A stretch of 63,673 bases of DNA, filler included, from Octopus bimaculoides (GCF_001194135.2; 7 parts of 7 records of this genome joined end to end with filler, not necessarily neighbours in it); one strand, 5' to 3'. Counted from the whole stretch's first letter, positions 38,965 through 52,200 are shown. The notes: generated by a model not told the origin, from the letters alone. A program made the numbers and translations.

Positions 38965-39580
38965 TCATCATCATCATTTAATGTCCGTTTTATATATATA
39001 TATATATATATAATGCCAGTTTTTTGATGTGTGTGTTTGTGTGTGTATGTGTCTGTTGTATTTTTGAGTGCTTGTGTGAATGTATGCATGACTAAATGTC
39101 AGTGTGTATGCTTGCATGTGTATTTATGTATGTGTATGTGTATGTGTGTGCTTTTATGTGTTTACATCTGTATGATGATGTCTATGTTCATACATATACT
39201 TTAGTGTATATTTTAATGTGTGTATGTGTGCGTGTTTTTATATATGACCGCAGCCATATATATATATATGTGTGTGTGTGTGTATATACACACAGACACA
39301 CACAGAGTACAAAATGTTTAGCTCTTTTCAAGCAGGAAGGGTGAAGCCCACACTGTTTCAAGTGTCCTCTGAGACTAAAATGAGAGAAGAGGAAGGGCAG
39401 AACCCACGCCATATCTGCAAGCCCTCTGAGCTGGGTGTAAAACAGGATTTTAACTAGTTTAGGAAGAGCAAAGCCCACGCTGCTTAAACAGATCTTGCAG
39501 CTTAGAAAAAGTGTGAACCCCACACCATTCTATTACTGTTCTGAGAATGGTGGGAGTTTTAATGGAGGTTCTAATCAGAT

Positions 39581-40865
39581 GGTGAAGGTGCATGGCTCAG
39601 TGGTTAGAGCAGTGTTTCCCAACCATTTTACCCTTGTGTAACCCTTAAAATAATTACATGTCTCAAGGAACTCCTGCACAAAAAAAAAATTATATACCAT
39701 ATCTTTCTTATATTTTTTTTATTGTAGTTCACATGGTAAATATNNNNNNNNNNNNNNNNNNNNNNNNNNNNNNNNNNNNNNNNNNNNNNNNNNNNNNNNN
39801 NNNNNNNNNNNNNNNNNNNNNNNNNNNNNNNNNNNNNNNNNNNNNNNNNNNNNNNNNNNNNNNNNNNNNNNNNNNNNNNNNNNNNNNNNNNNNNNNNNNN
39901 NNNNNNNNNNNNNNNNNNNNNNNNNNNNNNNNNNNNNNNNNNNNNNNNNNNNNNNNNNNNNNNNNNNNNNNNNNNNNNNNNNNNNNNNNNNNNNNNNNNN
40001 NNNNNNNNNNNNNNNNNNNNNNNNNNNNNNNNNNNNNNNNNNNNNNNNNNNNNNNNNNNNNNNNNNNNNNNNNNNNNNNNNNNNNNNNNNNNNNNNNNNN
40101 NNNNNNNNNNNNNNNNNNNNNNNNNNNNNNNNNNNNNNNNNNNNNNNNNNNNNNNNNNNNNNNNNNNNNNNNNNNNNNNNNNNNNNNNNNNNNNNNNNNN
40201 NNNNNNNNNNNNNNNNNNNNNNNNNNNNNNNNNNNNNNNNNNNNNNNNTTCCTTGATTTGCATAATATTGAGGTCTCTTTCTTTCTTTTGTCCTTCCTGT
40301 CAAATATATATATATGTGTGTGTGTGTATGTAGGGTGTCCATAAATTACAGACATCACTAAATATATCTTCAATGGTTGTTATATTTTTTTGATAACATA
40401 ATAGGTTGGATTGGATGATGTCTATATTACAATAACCAACAATATGTTGTGCATGTATAGTAATATTACGATCATGAAATTAGCATTAGCCTATCTCACT
40501 CTTTCTCACGGAACCCCTAGGAACCTTTTGTGGAATCCTAGGGTTCCAGGGAATCCTGGTTGAGAGATGCTGGGTTAGAGCTTCAGGCTCACAATCATGA
40601 GGAAAATGAGTTCAATTCCCAGACTGGGCTGTGTGTTGTGTTCTTGAGTAAGACACTTTATTTCACGTTGCTCCAATTTATTCAGGTGTAGGAATGAGCT
40701 GCAGCATCCCTGGTGCCAAGCTGTATCAGCCCCTTTGCCTTTCGCTTGGATAACATCGATGGCATGGAGAGGAGGAGGCTGGTATGCATGGGCGACTGCA
40801 GGTCTTTCCACAAACAACCTTGCCTGGACTTGTGCCTTGTCGGGTAACTTTCTAAATTGCAACCC
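39581..40865 (+). mobile_element. tRNA-derived SINE (family C, Meta-like TTGAGTAAGACACTT block) split by a hAT insertion
   Basis: Head TGGCTCAGTGGTTAGAG continues after the insertion as CTTCAGGCTC...GAGTTCAATTCC. Confidence 0.72.
39610..40572. mobile_element. Non-autonomous hAT (Charlie-like) element with 8-bp TSD
   Basis: TIRs CAGTGTTTCCCAACC and GGTTGAGAGATGCTG; TSD GGTTAGAG at 39602-39609 and 40573-40580; contains an N gap. Confidence 0.85.
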
Positions 40866-41419
40866 CCTCAAAGTGGCGCCCAGGGCATGTCCCCTTCTTG
40901 CCCCACCCAAGCTACGCCCCTGCCTGCACCTAATGTACAGGCAGTATTTATAGGGATCAGCTCTCTCATAGATCTGAAACAAACACTATAATGTGGGTAC
41001 CAGTGTACTCCATCACCCCTTTCCTCCATAGCTTATGATACGCAATCAGTATTTCACAGATCAGGGGAAACCCCTCAGAGCTCACACGCAATCAGCACAG
41101 TGTTACTGCAGTTCTCAGAATCCTTCTTGCGTTGGTTGACTTAAATTTCTTGTTTATGAAAAGCAGAGTATTTTATTTTCGGATTTGCTGACAAGTCACT
41201 CTACATCTGAGCAAAATATGATCCTTCATTTCTTCATTCCGGAATAATTTTTAGAGGTTAATGTTTTTTATTTATTAATTTTTTTTTTTTTTCTTTCTGT
41301 TAAGAGCAAAAGGAAATGATACCAACTTGGTTGGTCTTTCTTCCCGATTGTAACTCATTCCATTTATAAATTTAGATATTTCTTTTATTTCATTTTGACA
41401 TCCCCACCCCACCACCATT

Positions 41420-41607
41420 ACCGTATCAGGGTAAAATGCATTGCAACATTTTGTCCATTTTCGTATTCCTGAGTTCAAATTCCACCAAGTTTGACTTTGC
41501 CTTTCATCCTTTCAGGGTCGATAATATTTAGTACCAGTTGAACACTGGGGTTTGATGTCACTTATCCTCTCCCTCAAAATTGCTGGCCTTGTGCCAAAAT
41601 TTGAAAC

Positions 41608-41653
<46 letters not shown>
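41420..41653 (+). mobile_element. SINE family B with long (ATT)n tail
   Basis: Same B-box and Deu/Nin-like core as 28021. Confidence 0.8.
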
Positions 41654-41754
41654 GGGTGAGAGAGCAGTGCATGCCATCAAAGTGACACAGCTGCAAAATA
41701 TACGAAGCCCAGTATACCCATCATGACTACCTGTCTGATTAGGGTACACCATTA

Positions 41755-41818
<64 letters not shown>

Positions 41819-42138
41819 GGCAGCAAGCAGGCAGTATCATGAGCATGCCAAACAAAATGATTAGAAGTGTTCTGTCCATCTTCATATTTTCAAGTTCTCC
41901 ATCCTGACTACAGCATCTCCCAGCAGGATAATGCTATCAATTGTATCTTCCCCCAAAGTGATTCATTCTTTATTTTACCAGCCTTGCAAAGACGAAAGGC
42001 AAAGTTTGTCCATAGCAGGATTAGAACTCAGAATCTCTAAATGTAAGAGTGTAGCTCTGCAAGGTTAAATTTGTTTTATTTGCTGCTCCACAAATTCTCT
42101 CCAATCCATCACACTACCCCTAGTAACCAAAACATCTT

Positions 42139-42181
<43 letters not shown>

Positions 42182-42703
42182 TCCTGTTATTGAAGAGGCA
42201 ACATTAGCTAATTAACTATATTAGCTCTCATTAAATTACTGGTGATTTTGTTAGGGTTTGCAGGGCCATAAAGCACCAGAGTTGAGTGAAGAATGAAGTG
42301 TGTTTTGCTGCCTCTTCTCATTCTGTTGACTGTTTCCATTTTTGATGAGAAAGAATGGGTTCTTTAACTGTTTATTGACAAGGACATTTGTGAAACGGGA
42401 GTCTACTGAGATGACAACAACGATGATAATGTTGTTAATAATAACCATAATAATAAGAAGAATAAGAAGAATAGCAATGATAATGATAAAAAATTAGTTC
42501 AAATTATACAACTATAGAAACTGGTTATATTTCATTTTCTGCCTATTTTCAAATTTACCATCTTTTTCTCTCTCTCTCTCTTCTTTCTCTTCCTTTCTCT
42601 CTCTGCCCTGTCCCCATCTCAAAACCTTAGAAAGAAAAAAGATATTACACAAATGCATACACAGACACACACATACACATGTTATTTCTTCATGATGAAA
42701 GAA

Positions 42704-42746
<43 letters not shown>

Positions 42747-42897
42747 AGAGAGAGATAGAGATGTGTATTTATGTATAGACATAGAAAGCTAGAGAAAAAG
42801 AAAGTGACAGATGTGTGTGTGTGTATACCATATATATAGTTATATATTAACATACACATTTATATATACACATCTGTACATACACATACATGTATGG

Positions 42898-42931
<34 letters not shown>

Positions 42932-43689
42932 GTATGTAATGTATATATGTATGAATGAGAGTTTGAGTTAGTGAAAGAAAGCTATTTTGTTCTGTTCCCC
43001 CCCTCTTCCGTCTCTTCCTCAGCAAAAGAAAATAATTAAATGAGTTATTTGCTTCTCAAACTATGTTTTGGTGTGAGTTGATAAAATCTTTAGATTGCAT
43101 TAGGAGGGCCCTGAGCAGCAAGAACAGCAGCAGCAAAGTTTCCTTTGCGAATCGGAACTTCAGTGGAAGAAACTCACTGGAAAAATAATAATACAATAGC
43201 TCATAATTTGATTTATATATAGAAATACGACCAGACAAGGGAACTTGTTCTCATTCACTTTGTATTCTAAACAATTTGGAATGTATTGTCATCTTTGATG
43301 TCAAAACATATTGTACGCACTGTTTTAACACAGCACTAAGATGTAACTTCCATTGGTTTGCATTTCTTCTGTGTTTGCTGCTAATTTATTAATGTACCGA
43401 CTGTATTTGTCTGCTGACCTGGAAACCTGTTGCATACACATCTGTGGTAGCCAGTTCCGATTTGTTTATGGCGAAACAAGGTCGAGGGTGAATTAAATTT
43501 AACAGACCAGAATATTTTCAGATTGTCAAAATACGGTTTACAGAGAATCATGACGAACTTGACCTCCGTCGTTTTTAAGTATTTGTTTTCAATTTGTACT
43601 GGAAATGAAAGTGATTCTATCCACCGGTCAGTGAGAATGGTAAATTGAATTACAGAATGTATGTATGACTACTGACCGAGACCTTTTGA

Positions 43690-44104
43690 AATGTGCTGTG
43701 CGTGAGAAGACCCGGCAAGTCAAGTGAGATCGTTGCCAGGGCCCCTGGACTGGCTCTTGTGCGGGTGGCACATAAGATGTACCATCCTCAGCGTGACTGT
43801 TGCCAGTACCGCCTGACTGGCTTTGTAGGGTTTTCGAGCGAGATCGTTGCCAATGCCCCTGGACTGGCTCTTGTGCGGGTGGCACATAAAAGACACCATT
43901 TCGAGCGTGGCCGTTTTCGTGCGGGTGACACGTAAAAGCACCCACTACACTCTCTGAGTGGTTGGCGTTAGGAAGGGCATCCAGCTGTAGAAACTCTGCC
44001 AAATCAGATTGGAGCCTGGTGTTGCCATCCGGTTTCACCAGTCCTCAGTCAAATCGTCCAACCCATGCCAGCATGGAAAGCGGACGTTAAACGATGATGA
44101 TGAT
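43690..44104 (+). mobile_element. Young RTE-tailed element (SINE or LINE 3' UTR) with a 114-bp internal duplication
   Basis: Ends CCAACCCATGCCAGCATGGAAAGCGGACGTTAAACGATGATGATGAT; GAGATCGTTGCC..CCCTGGACTGGCTCTTGTGCGGGTGGCACATAA occurs at 43726 and 43840. Confidence 0.75.
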
Positions 44105-45119
44105 GTAAATCAAGAAACTGTAATGAATATGTATAAGTTTAAAAAATTGCTGGCAATTTTACAGCTAACAATACCAGTGCAGATCTGTTGAAGAGATGAA
44201 TAGAGAAAATTGACTCAGTAAATGTCCTCTGCTGGGAATTAAAAGAAATTAGCTGTAAAAGTTACCAATTCTTTAGAAATAAGAGTAACCGGTGGGTCAG
44301 AGGTTCATATCTATGTCCTATTATTGTTGTATCACAGTGATTCTGAACAAGGTACTTCATTCTACCTACCTCATTTTATTGTCGTCCTACCAAACTCGCT
44401 AGTGCTGCTGTTACTATAAAATCCACCCATTAAATTGTGTGAAGTGGTTGGCGAATAAAGGTGGACAGTATAAGGAGAGAAAGGACTGTTTGGTCTTGCT
44501 TAGGACAAGGCAACCTCATTGGTGCTTGTGCCTTGAAAGATACAGTTGGTGGATTCTCTTGACCGTGGTTGGTATAGAAAACGGTAAACAGCTGTTCTAC
44601 ATAGGATCTAGAAATTTAAAAAAAAAAAACTACTTCATTCTTATGAAATGTATCCAGGGACTGTAAGAAAAGAGATTTAAATATGTCACTCAGATATAAT
44701 TTTAACATGTAACACTGCTTGGTTGTGTGGTCAAGAAGTTTGCTTCCCAATCTTGTAGTTATGGGTTCAGTCCCACTGTGCAGTGCTTTTTGGCATGTGT
44801 TTTCTACTATGACTATCTTTACTACCATCACTACCATCATCATCATCATCATCGTCATCGTCACTGTCATAATCATTAGTGCTGCCACCATCACCACCAC
44901 CATCACCGCCACCCTCATCATCATCATCATCATCATCGTTTAACGTCCGTTTTCCNNNNNNNNNNNNNNNNNNNNNNNNNNNNNNNNNNNNNNNNNNNNT
45001 TAATTAATTAANNNNNNNNNNNNNNNNNNNNNNNNNNNNNNNNNNNNNNNNNNNNAACCACTAGCTGGAATACACAGGTGCTTACAATTGTCAAGTATTA
45101 CCTCTAATTTTCAATTTAC

Positions 45120-45214
<95 letters not shown>

Positions 45215-46883
45215 GTGTCATACACTTGATTGAGTTTAAAAATGGAGTCTGCTGAAAAGTATGAAGATAATATAAAATAAATATTTGGTTTTTGAATATT
45301 CAGCTGTAGGTTAAGAAAAAAAATGTAGTTATGATCTTTTCAGATTATTCTGGACTGCTGAAGTTGACATAGTTGATGTTCAATATAGGGTGATGTTACT
45401 GTTTAGCCCTAGGTCAACCCTAGTAAAGCAGCTTTATGATCATAGAATTTTGTTTGTGGGTATCTAGATTTACTTTAGCTAATGTAAACCTTACTCTTTT
45501 AAGGTGGTGTGGTGTTAATTTAAGGGAAATTTGGCTGCTATTTTGAGTAGGTTGAAGGAACAAATAGAAGAGATAATGCCTCATACATATCTATTACTAG
45601 CTACATTATATTCCACCCACACTATCTCATTAGACTGCAGAATTCCCTTTGTGAGAAGCTTTAAAAAGTCTAGAAGATATAATAAACATACTAAAGTCTT
45701 CTCAAAACTAACAGAAACATTCAACTGCACTAACTGGAATGATAATTAATGATTTAGTTAGAAGAATAGATTACACAACAACAATATTACATTCACAACT
45801 TTGCATTTACAGGAATGTAATGAAATGTCTACAAGTCCTTGCTATATTGATTACAAATTACTCTTATTTAAACAATCTTCTATAAAATGGATTTGCTTGG
45901 TAAAATTGGTGGAATGCGATGTATTGGTTTTGATCTCCAATAGTTTCTTAAGTGTTAACAAGATTCTAGAAGAGAGTATTGAGAGATGCAATTCAATCAG
46001 TATTTAGTGTTGCAGGATTCAGCACTTGTGAGGAATCAGTCAAATTCAACTTCTCAGTTCTTTTTCTTTATTGAGAAGAATTATTGACAGATTTATTGAG
46101 GATGTCTATCAATGGGCTTACTGAACAATATAGAGATTTGAATTATATCAATTTTGATGCATTTATTGTAGTTAGATAAGATGAAGTCTTATAAGTTATG
46201 TCATATTGTTCAATAATAGATACACACACACATACACACACAAACAAACAAAAACACAAAAACAAAACAGCAGCTACAGGCAGAGTGAAATTACTGTTCA
46301 CTGTTCTAGTATTGATGGCCATTGGGAGGAATGGAGAAAACAACACTCATAAAACTTGGAAAAAGTTTCCTTCACCATTCAGTTACATAGCAATAGCTAT
46401 CACATATAAAAAGTAAAGTGAATGGATCTTGTTTAATGGTCAGCATTATTTTGCTTGTTTGATCTGTGTTACAGCTGCCTCTTCACTGACTGGTTCAATA
46501 TTCCATAAACATTTGTACTCTTAAAGAAATCATCAGGCAGAATTGGTGTAACAGAGTTGACTTTCTGTACTATATTCCAGATATAGTTTGACCAATATGT
46601 CTCTGCACAGTGTTTGACTACCCAATTTCCCTCACATGGCTTGGGTTGGTCCAAAATTATGGTAGTGGAATCTTTCCTAATGTGCTATGAAATGGGATCA
46701 CACCCAAAGTATTGTGATTGGAAAATAAAATTCCTGACCATTTAGCCACATCTGACAATCATGTGTGTGTATTTTGTGTGTGCATGTGCAAGTGTAAGTA
46801 TACATAATATGTGTGTGCATGTGTGTGTGCGTGTGTGTATGTGTGCATGTGTGTATGTGTGTATGTGTACATGTATATATATA

Positions 46884-47578
46884 TATAAACAAAATCGAAT
46901 GCACATACACAAGACGTGTCAACTGCATTTTAGGTATAAGAGAACATATTCTCAATGTGCCTGGTGTTAAAGCACCTGAAAGTAAGTCATAGGCAAGCTA
47001 GACAACTCACATCAGGTCCCTTTCCGGAGTGACAGACATTGATGTTTCATCATTGTTGTGACTTTTCAATACTGCATACTGAACAGGGCCCCACTGCATG
47101 CTATATTGTTGACTTTGACTATATGCTTAATGGTTTAAAAAACCATCTGCTGGTATGTTCCAAAGTTTCATGCCATAGAATAAAAAATTCAAACATGAAT
47201 TAGAAGTAGCTTGAAGTATATGAGTAGAATCAAACATGCATACATGAGGTATGTGTATAGTTAGCTCATGGGTTGGCTGCATTTAGACATAAGAGAATAT
47301 GTCCTTCATGCACCCGGTGCTAAAAACACCTGAAAGTAAGTCATACACAAGTGAAACAACTCACATCAAGTCCCTTTTTGGAGTGACAGACATCGCTGTT
47401 TCCTTGTTGTTGCTCCAAGAGGGGACCTGATGTGAGTTGCCTCTCTTGCCTATGACCTACTTTTAGATGTTTTTAATACCAGGTGCATTGAGAATATATT
47501 CTCTTATGCCTAAAATGCAGCTGACCCACAAAGTAACAACCCACATACCTTGTGTATATGTGTTCGATTTTGTTTATA
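46884..47578. mobile_element. Foldback element with about 150-bp arms plus an internal third arm copy
   Basis: TATAAACAAAATCGAA..CAACTCACATCAGGTCCC (46884-47030) is inverted at 47420-47578; a direct copy lies at 47270-47385. Confidence 0.8.
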
Positions 47579-47969
47579 AACCTCAGGCTGCTTCTAATTC
47601 ATATTTGAATATATATATATATANNNNNNNNNNNNNNNNNNNNNNNNNNNNNNNNNNNNNNNNNNNNNNNNNNNNNNNNNNNNNNNNNNNNNNNNNNNNN
47701 NNNNNNNNNNNNNNNNNNNNNNNNNNNNNNNNNNNNNNNNNNNNNNNNNNNNNNNNNNNNNNNNNNNNNNNNNNNNNNNNNNNNNNNNNNNNNNNNNNNN
47801 NNNNNNNNNNNNNNNNNNNNNNNNNNNNNNNNNNNNNNNNNNNNNNNNNNNNNNNNNNNNNNNNNNNNNNNNNNNNNNNNNNNNNNNNNNNNNNNNNNNN
47901 NNNNNNNNNNNNNNNNNNNNNNNNNNNNNNNNNNNNNNNNNNNNNNNNNNTATATATATATATATATAT

Positions 47970-48388
47970 GAGTGGCTGTGTGGTAAGTAGCTTGCTTACC
48001 AAACACATGGTTCCAAGTTCAATCCCACTGCATGGCACCTTGGGCAAGTGTCTTCAACTATAGCCTCAGGCCAACCAAAGCCTTGTGAGTGGATTTGGTA
48101 GATGAAAATTGAAAGAAGCCTGTCGTATATATATGTGTGTGTGTGTGTCTGTGTGTGTGTGTGTCTGTGTGTGTGTGTGTCTGCGTTTGTCCCCCCACCA
48201 TCACTTGACAACTGATGTCGGTATGTTCGCGTCCCTGTAACTTAGTGTTTTGGCAAAAGAGACTGATCAAATCAGTCCTAGGCTTACAAAGAATAAGTAC
48301 TGGGGTCGATTTGTTCAACTAAAGGCAGTGCTCCAGCATGGCTGCAGTCAAATGACTGAAACAAATAAAAGAATAAAGAATAAAAGAA
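47970..48388 (+). mobile_element. Full-length SINE family A
   Basis: Head, core, microsatellite and AATAAAAG tail. Confidence 0.87.
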
Positions 48389-48943
48389 TATACCTTGATA
48401 CTGTGTGGACTGAGATCTCTATTGACAGACTCCTGATATTAAGTAAAATGTTAAACACTTATACGTTATACAAATTAGTAACTCCAGTTTTCTATAGGTA
48501 TTGTAATTGTAGAATATATAAACAGATTTCTGGTTGTTTCTGTAGGATTGGTCACACTGATATAGATGCCTCTGCCAAGAATCCAATAATATTTGAAAAT
48601 TGATGAAAGTTGTTAATCCTTTTTCCAGTTTATGGAGAAATAACTAAATTAGCCCTGTTTACATATCTACCTTATAGGTTTACATATATTATTGTATCAT
48701 ACCTTGATACTGTGTAGACTGAGATCTCCTCTGATATTAAATAAGGTGCTAACACTTATGGTATGGTATGCAAATTAATAGTTCCAGTTCTCTGTAGCTA
48801 TTTATTGGCTGCTTAGCATTGATGTAGATGCCTTTGATGAGAATCCAATGAGATTTTTAAAATTGATTATGATTGCTTATCAGTTTTTGTATCTGCAGAG
48901 AAGCAACTAAATTAATCATGTTTATATCTACTATATAGGTTAC

Positions 48944-48945
<2 letters not shown>
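48389..48945. repeat. Degenerate tandem duplication, about 310-bp period
   Basis: ATACCTTGATACTGTGT-GACTGAGATCTC occurs near 48389 and 48699, followed by colinear similarity. Confidence 0.75.
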
Positions 48946-48990
<45 letters not shown>

Positions 48991-49029
48991 CACATAGAAA
49001 AAATATGTATATATATATANNNNNNNNNN

Positions 49030-49067
<38 letters not shown>

Positions 49068-49250
49068 CGGTGCAACTTCCTAGGGCTAAATAGCAGTAGT
49101 ATGATTTCCTTATTGAGACTGTCACGTTAAGTTGACAGCATACAACTACTTTATCGTATCATTTCTAATTTTTGTAATCAGTGAATGTGTTTCACTAGAA
49201 TATGTTTACGAGAGCTTGACAGGCATCTTCAGCCAGCAAGTCATGCTACT

Positions 49251-49291
49251 CCAGGCTGATGACGAGCAAAAACTCAGAAACATGTCCCTCG
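49251..49291 (+). ncRNA. Minimal type I hammerhead ribozyme motif on a long closing stem, inside a 306-nt partial tandem unit (49066-49467)
   Basis: CCAGG-CTGATGA-CGAG-CAAAAA-CTCA-GAAA-CATGTC-CCTCG; palindromic ACATGT stem III; GUC triplet; flanks pair from 49203 to 49337. Confidence 0.7.
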
Positions 49292-52200
49292 ATGCAGGCT
49301 TGGCTGGGTGAAGGTGCTTGTCTTCCCCTCGTAAACATAAGGACACAGGAAATGTGTTAAGGCCAACAGGAAGCGGTGCAGCTTCCTAGGGCTAAATAGC
49401 AGTAGTATGATTCTCTTATTGGGACTGTCACATTAAGTTGACAGCATACAATTACTTTATAGTATCACTACTGCTTAAGTCTCTCTGAGAGATTTAGAAA
49501 TGTATCATTTCTAATTTATATATATACACACATTTATGTATAACTAGTGGAAGCCATGAATATTTCACAGAATTAATGGTAAACCTTTTGGGTTATTTCT
49601 GAAAATTTTATACAAATTCCCTGAAAGCATAGCCTGTGTTATGTCTGAATGGAAAAGATAGTCACTCTTCTGCTACTCACTGAAAAGTGAAAGAAATTGG
49701 AATATGATAATTAATGCACTTTATATACTTTATGCACAATTTTATAAACTTAATACATAGCACTCATGAAATAAATATTCACTCTTATTTTTCCACTTTT
49801 CCCATAAAAAAAAAATTGCCATGCATATGATACAACCTGTAGTTAAATTGCATATATCTGCCATGTAAATAAGCTTGAATATTTCACAGAATTGCACTTA
49901 TCTGCATGCATTAAATGAGAGGTGATATAAAAAAACTTAGCTCAATTATAAAAAAATATACTTTTCACTGTCCACTCTCCACCACCAACACCACCACCAC
50001 CACCACCATCTCTCTATCTNNNNNNNNNNNNNNNNNNNNNNNNNNNNNNNTACATCACCCCTTTGCTAAAATTATATTTCTAACTCCATTTCTCCATATT
50101 ACTACCTTCAACTAACTTTTTTAACCATGTAATAAATATTACGTTCCCCCCTACCACACGTTATGGACACTTCTCTCTTTGTCTTTTCTCTCCCCTTTTT
50201 CTTTCTCCCTTTTTCTATCTCACTCTTAACCTTATCCTCTTGTTATCTCTCCATTTTCTTTCTCCCTCCTGTTCTCTCTTTCCTTTCAACTAACCACTTG
50301 AAAGCACTACGATTATGTTCTCTCTACCTCACATCATGGACACTTCTCTGTCCCCCTTTTTCTCTCTCCCATTTTTTCTCTCTCCCTCTTTTCTTTCTCC
50401 CTCTTTTTCTCTCGCTCTTCGCCTTTCCTTTCAACTAATCATGTGAACGCATTACACACAGGCTAAGTAATGGAGTGACAAGCAGGGTTATAAGATTGTA
50501 TTTGTAACTTTTCTAACAGTTACACATTTATTTTAACAACTTCCATCTTAACTGCTCTCTTTGTCTTCACAAAAGCTTTCCACAACCTCCTAGATCTCTT
50601 CTTCACTTAGCAATGCCCTTCTTCAGTCCACCTTTTGATTATGTTACTCATTTTTTTTTATAATTGATACATAAAAAGTTAATCTTTTTCTCAACTGGTC
50701 ATTCTGCGTAGCTATCAGCTCATGAGTTGCCTGCATTTAAATTCTTTGACATCTTTTTTCTTAATGGTTTCCATTGTTGTGTTTTATCAAATTAAAATTA
50801 CAATTAATTCTAAAATATAATTATATTCATAAGCACATATGAAGAAGAAAAAGCATATCTAGTTAGGAAAAAATGAAAACTTTACTCAATATGGTGGCTA
50901 AAATCTTCTTGCAGGTTATTATTTAGCTGAGAACAAATACAATTTTTTCAATGTCTTAATCATATTCACAGATATATTTAGTGAAAGATTGCTTCTCATT
51001 TAGTTTTCATCATAGCTAGATGACAGGAAACAATTTTTCATATCTATAAGTTGGTTGGATGTAATAAACTCTTCCATCTTCAAAAGAATCCAAATCATTA
51101 CAATATGGGTTTGACTGATAACCAATTATTATAACGTTCAGAATTTATGTTTAGGAGTTTTACTGGTTTTAGATATATTTGTGCAGATCATGCATGTCCT
51201 ATTCTGGTGGAAGCATTTACATCCAAAAAGAAATTGCAAGCAATTCCTTTTCACTTAGTTGATCTTCACTCTTTCAGGGTCTTGGATAAGCAGAATACAT
51301 TTTTGGAAAATGATTGTAACATTTTGGTAGATGTGGATAGATGAAATCTTTCAGTAACTAAAATTGCTGGAACTATTAAGTTATCCAATTCTGATTATAT
51401 CAACAAGACCAAGACATTGGGTATGGAAGATGTGAGGATGTTGGAGAGAAGTGAGGCAAGTGTTGCATGTGTAATGTCAATCTGTAATGAAGGCAGAACA
51501 CAAATGAAATGAAGGAGTGATTTGACATTAAAAGGATTTACCAATGCATGAAAGGAAGATGTCTGCACTGATATAGACATCTGATATCTGATCAGTGAGT
51601 GTAAAAGAGAAGTGATGTATGTTGCCAGAGAAAGGTGGAGAAAATCAAGTTGCCAGGGAATGGTAGGAGAAAATCAAGAAAAATGTGAGGAGTGGTAAGA
51701 TCTGATCTCAGGATATTGGGTTTCAAAACTGAGATGTCAAAAGGAAGCTAATGATATACTCTACTAACTCATGCCACTGTAAAACAGCTATTAAAATATT
51801 CCATGTATTCATAGAAAAGCTCAGATCAACCTTGACTGGGCAGACCTATGAATATATGAGTTCCCACCATCACATCCGTTTCTTTTGGACAGTGAATCCA
51901 GGTCTACATTATCCTGTACATGATGAAGTTTGATTTAAATGTGACTTCGCTGCTTGTTTTGGTTCATTGACTTGAACTATACTAAATTATAATCAACAGG
52001 TATTGTTCTAAAACTAAAAAACTGTACTGTAAATTATTTTCATCAAACCTAAACATTTTATAAATGAAATAACATTCTGGCTTGCAATTCATCTTTACTG
52101 TTTCCTTCCATTTAAATTTGAAATGTCATTTAATCCCATTTGAGTAAAAATATTTTTTTGTTTCATATAGTAGATTAGGTAAGTACAATTACATAAAATA

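Noticed and set aside
43520-43580. ELDLRRF peptide resembling PDE4 GLRRF N-termini
   Set aside because: Followed by a stop, and no suitable donor at the required phase.
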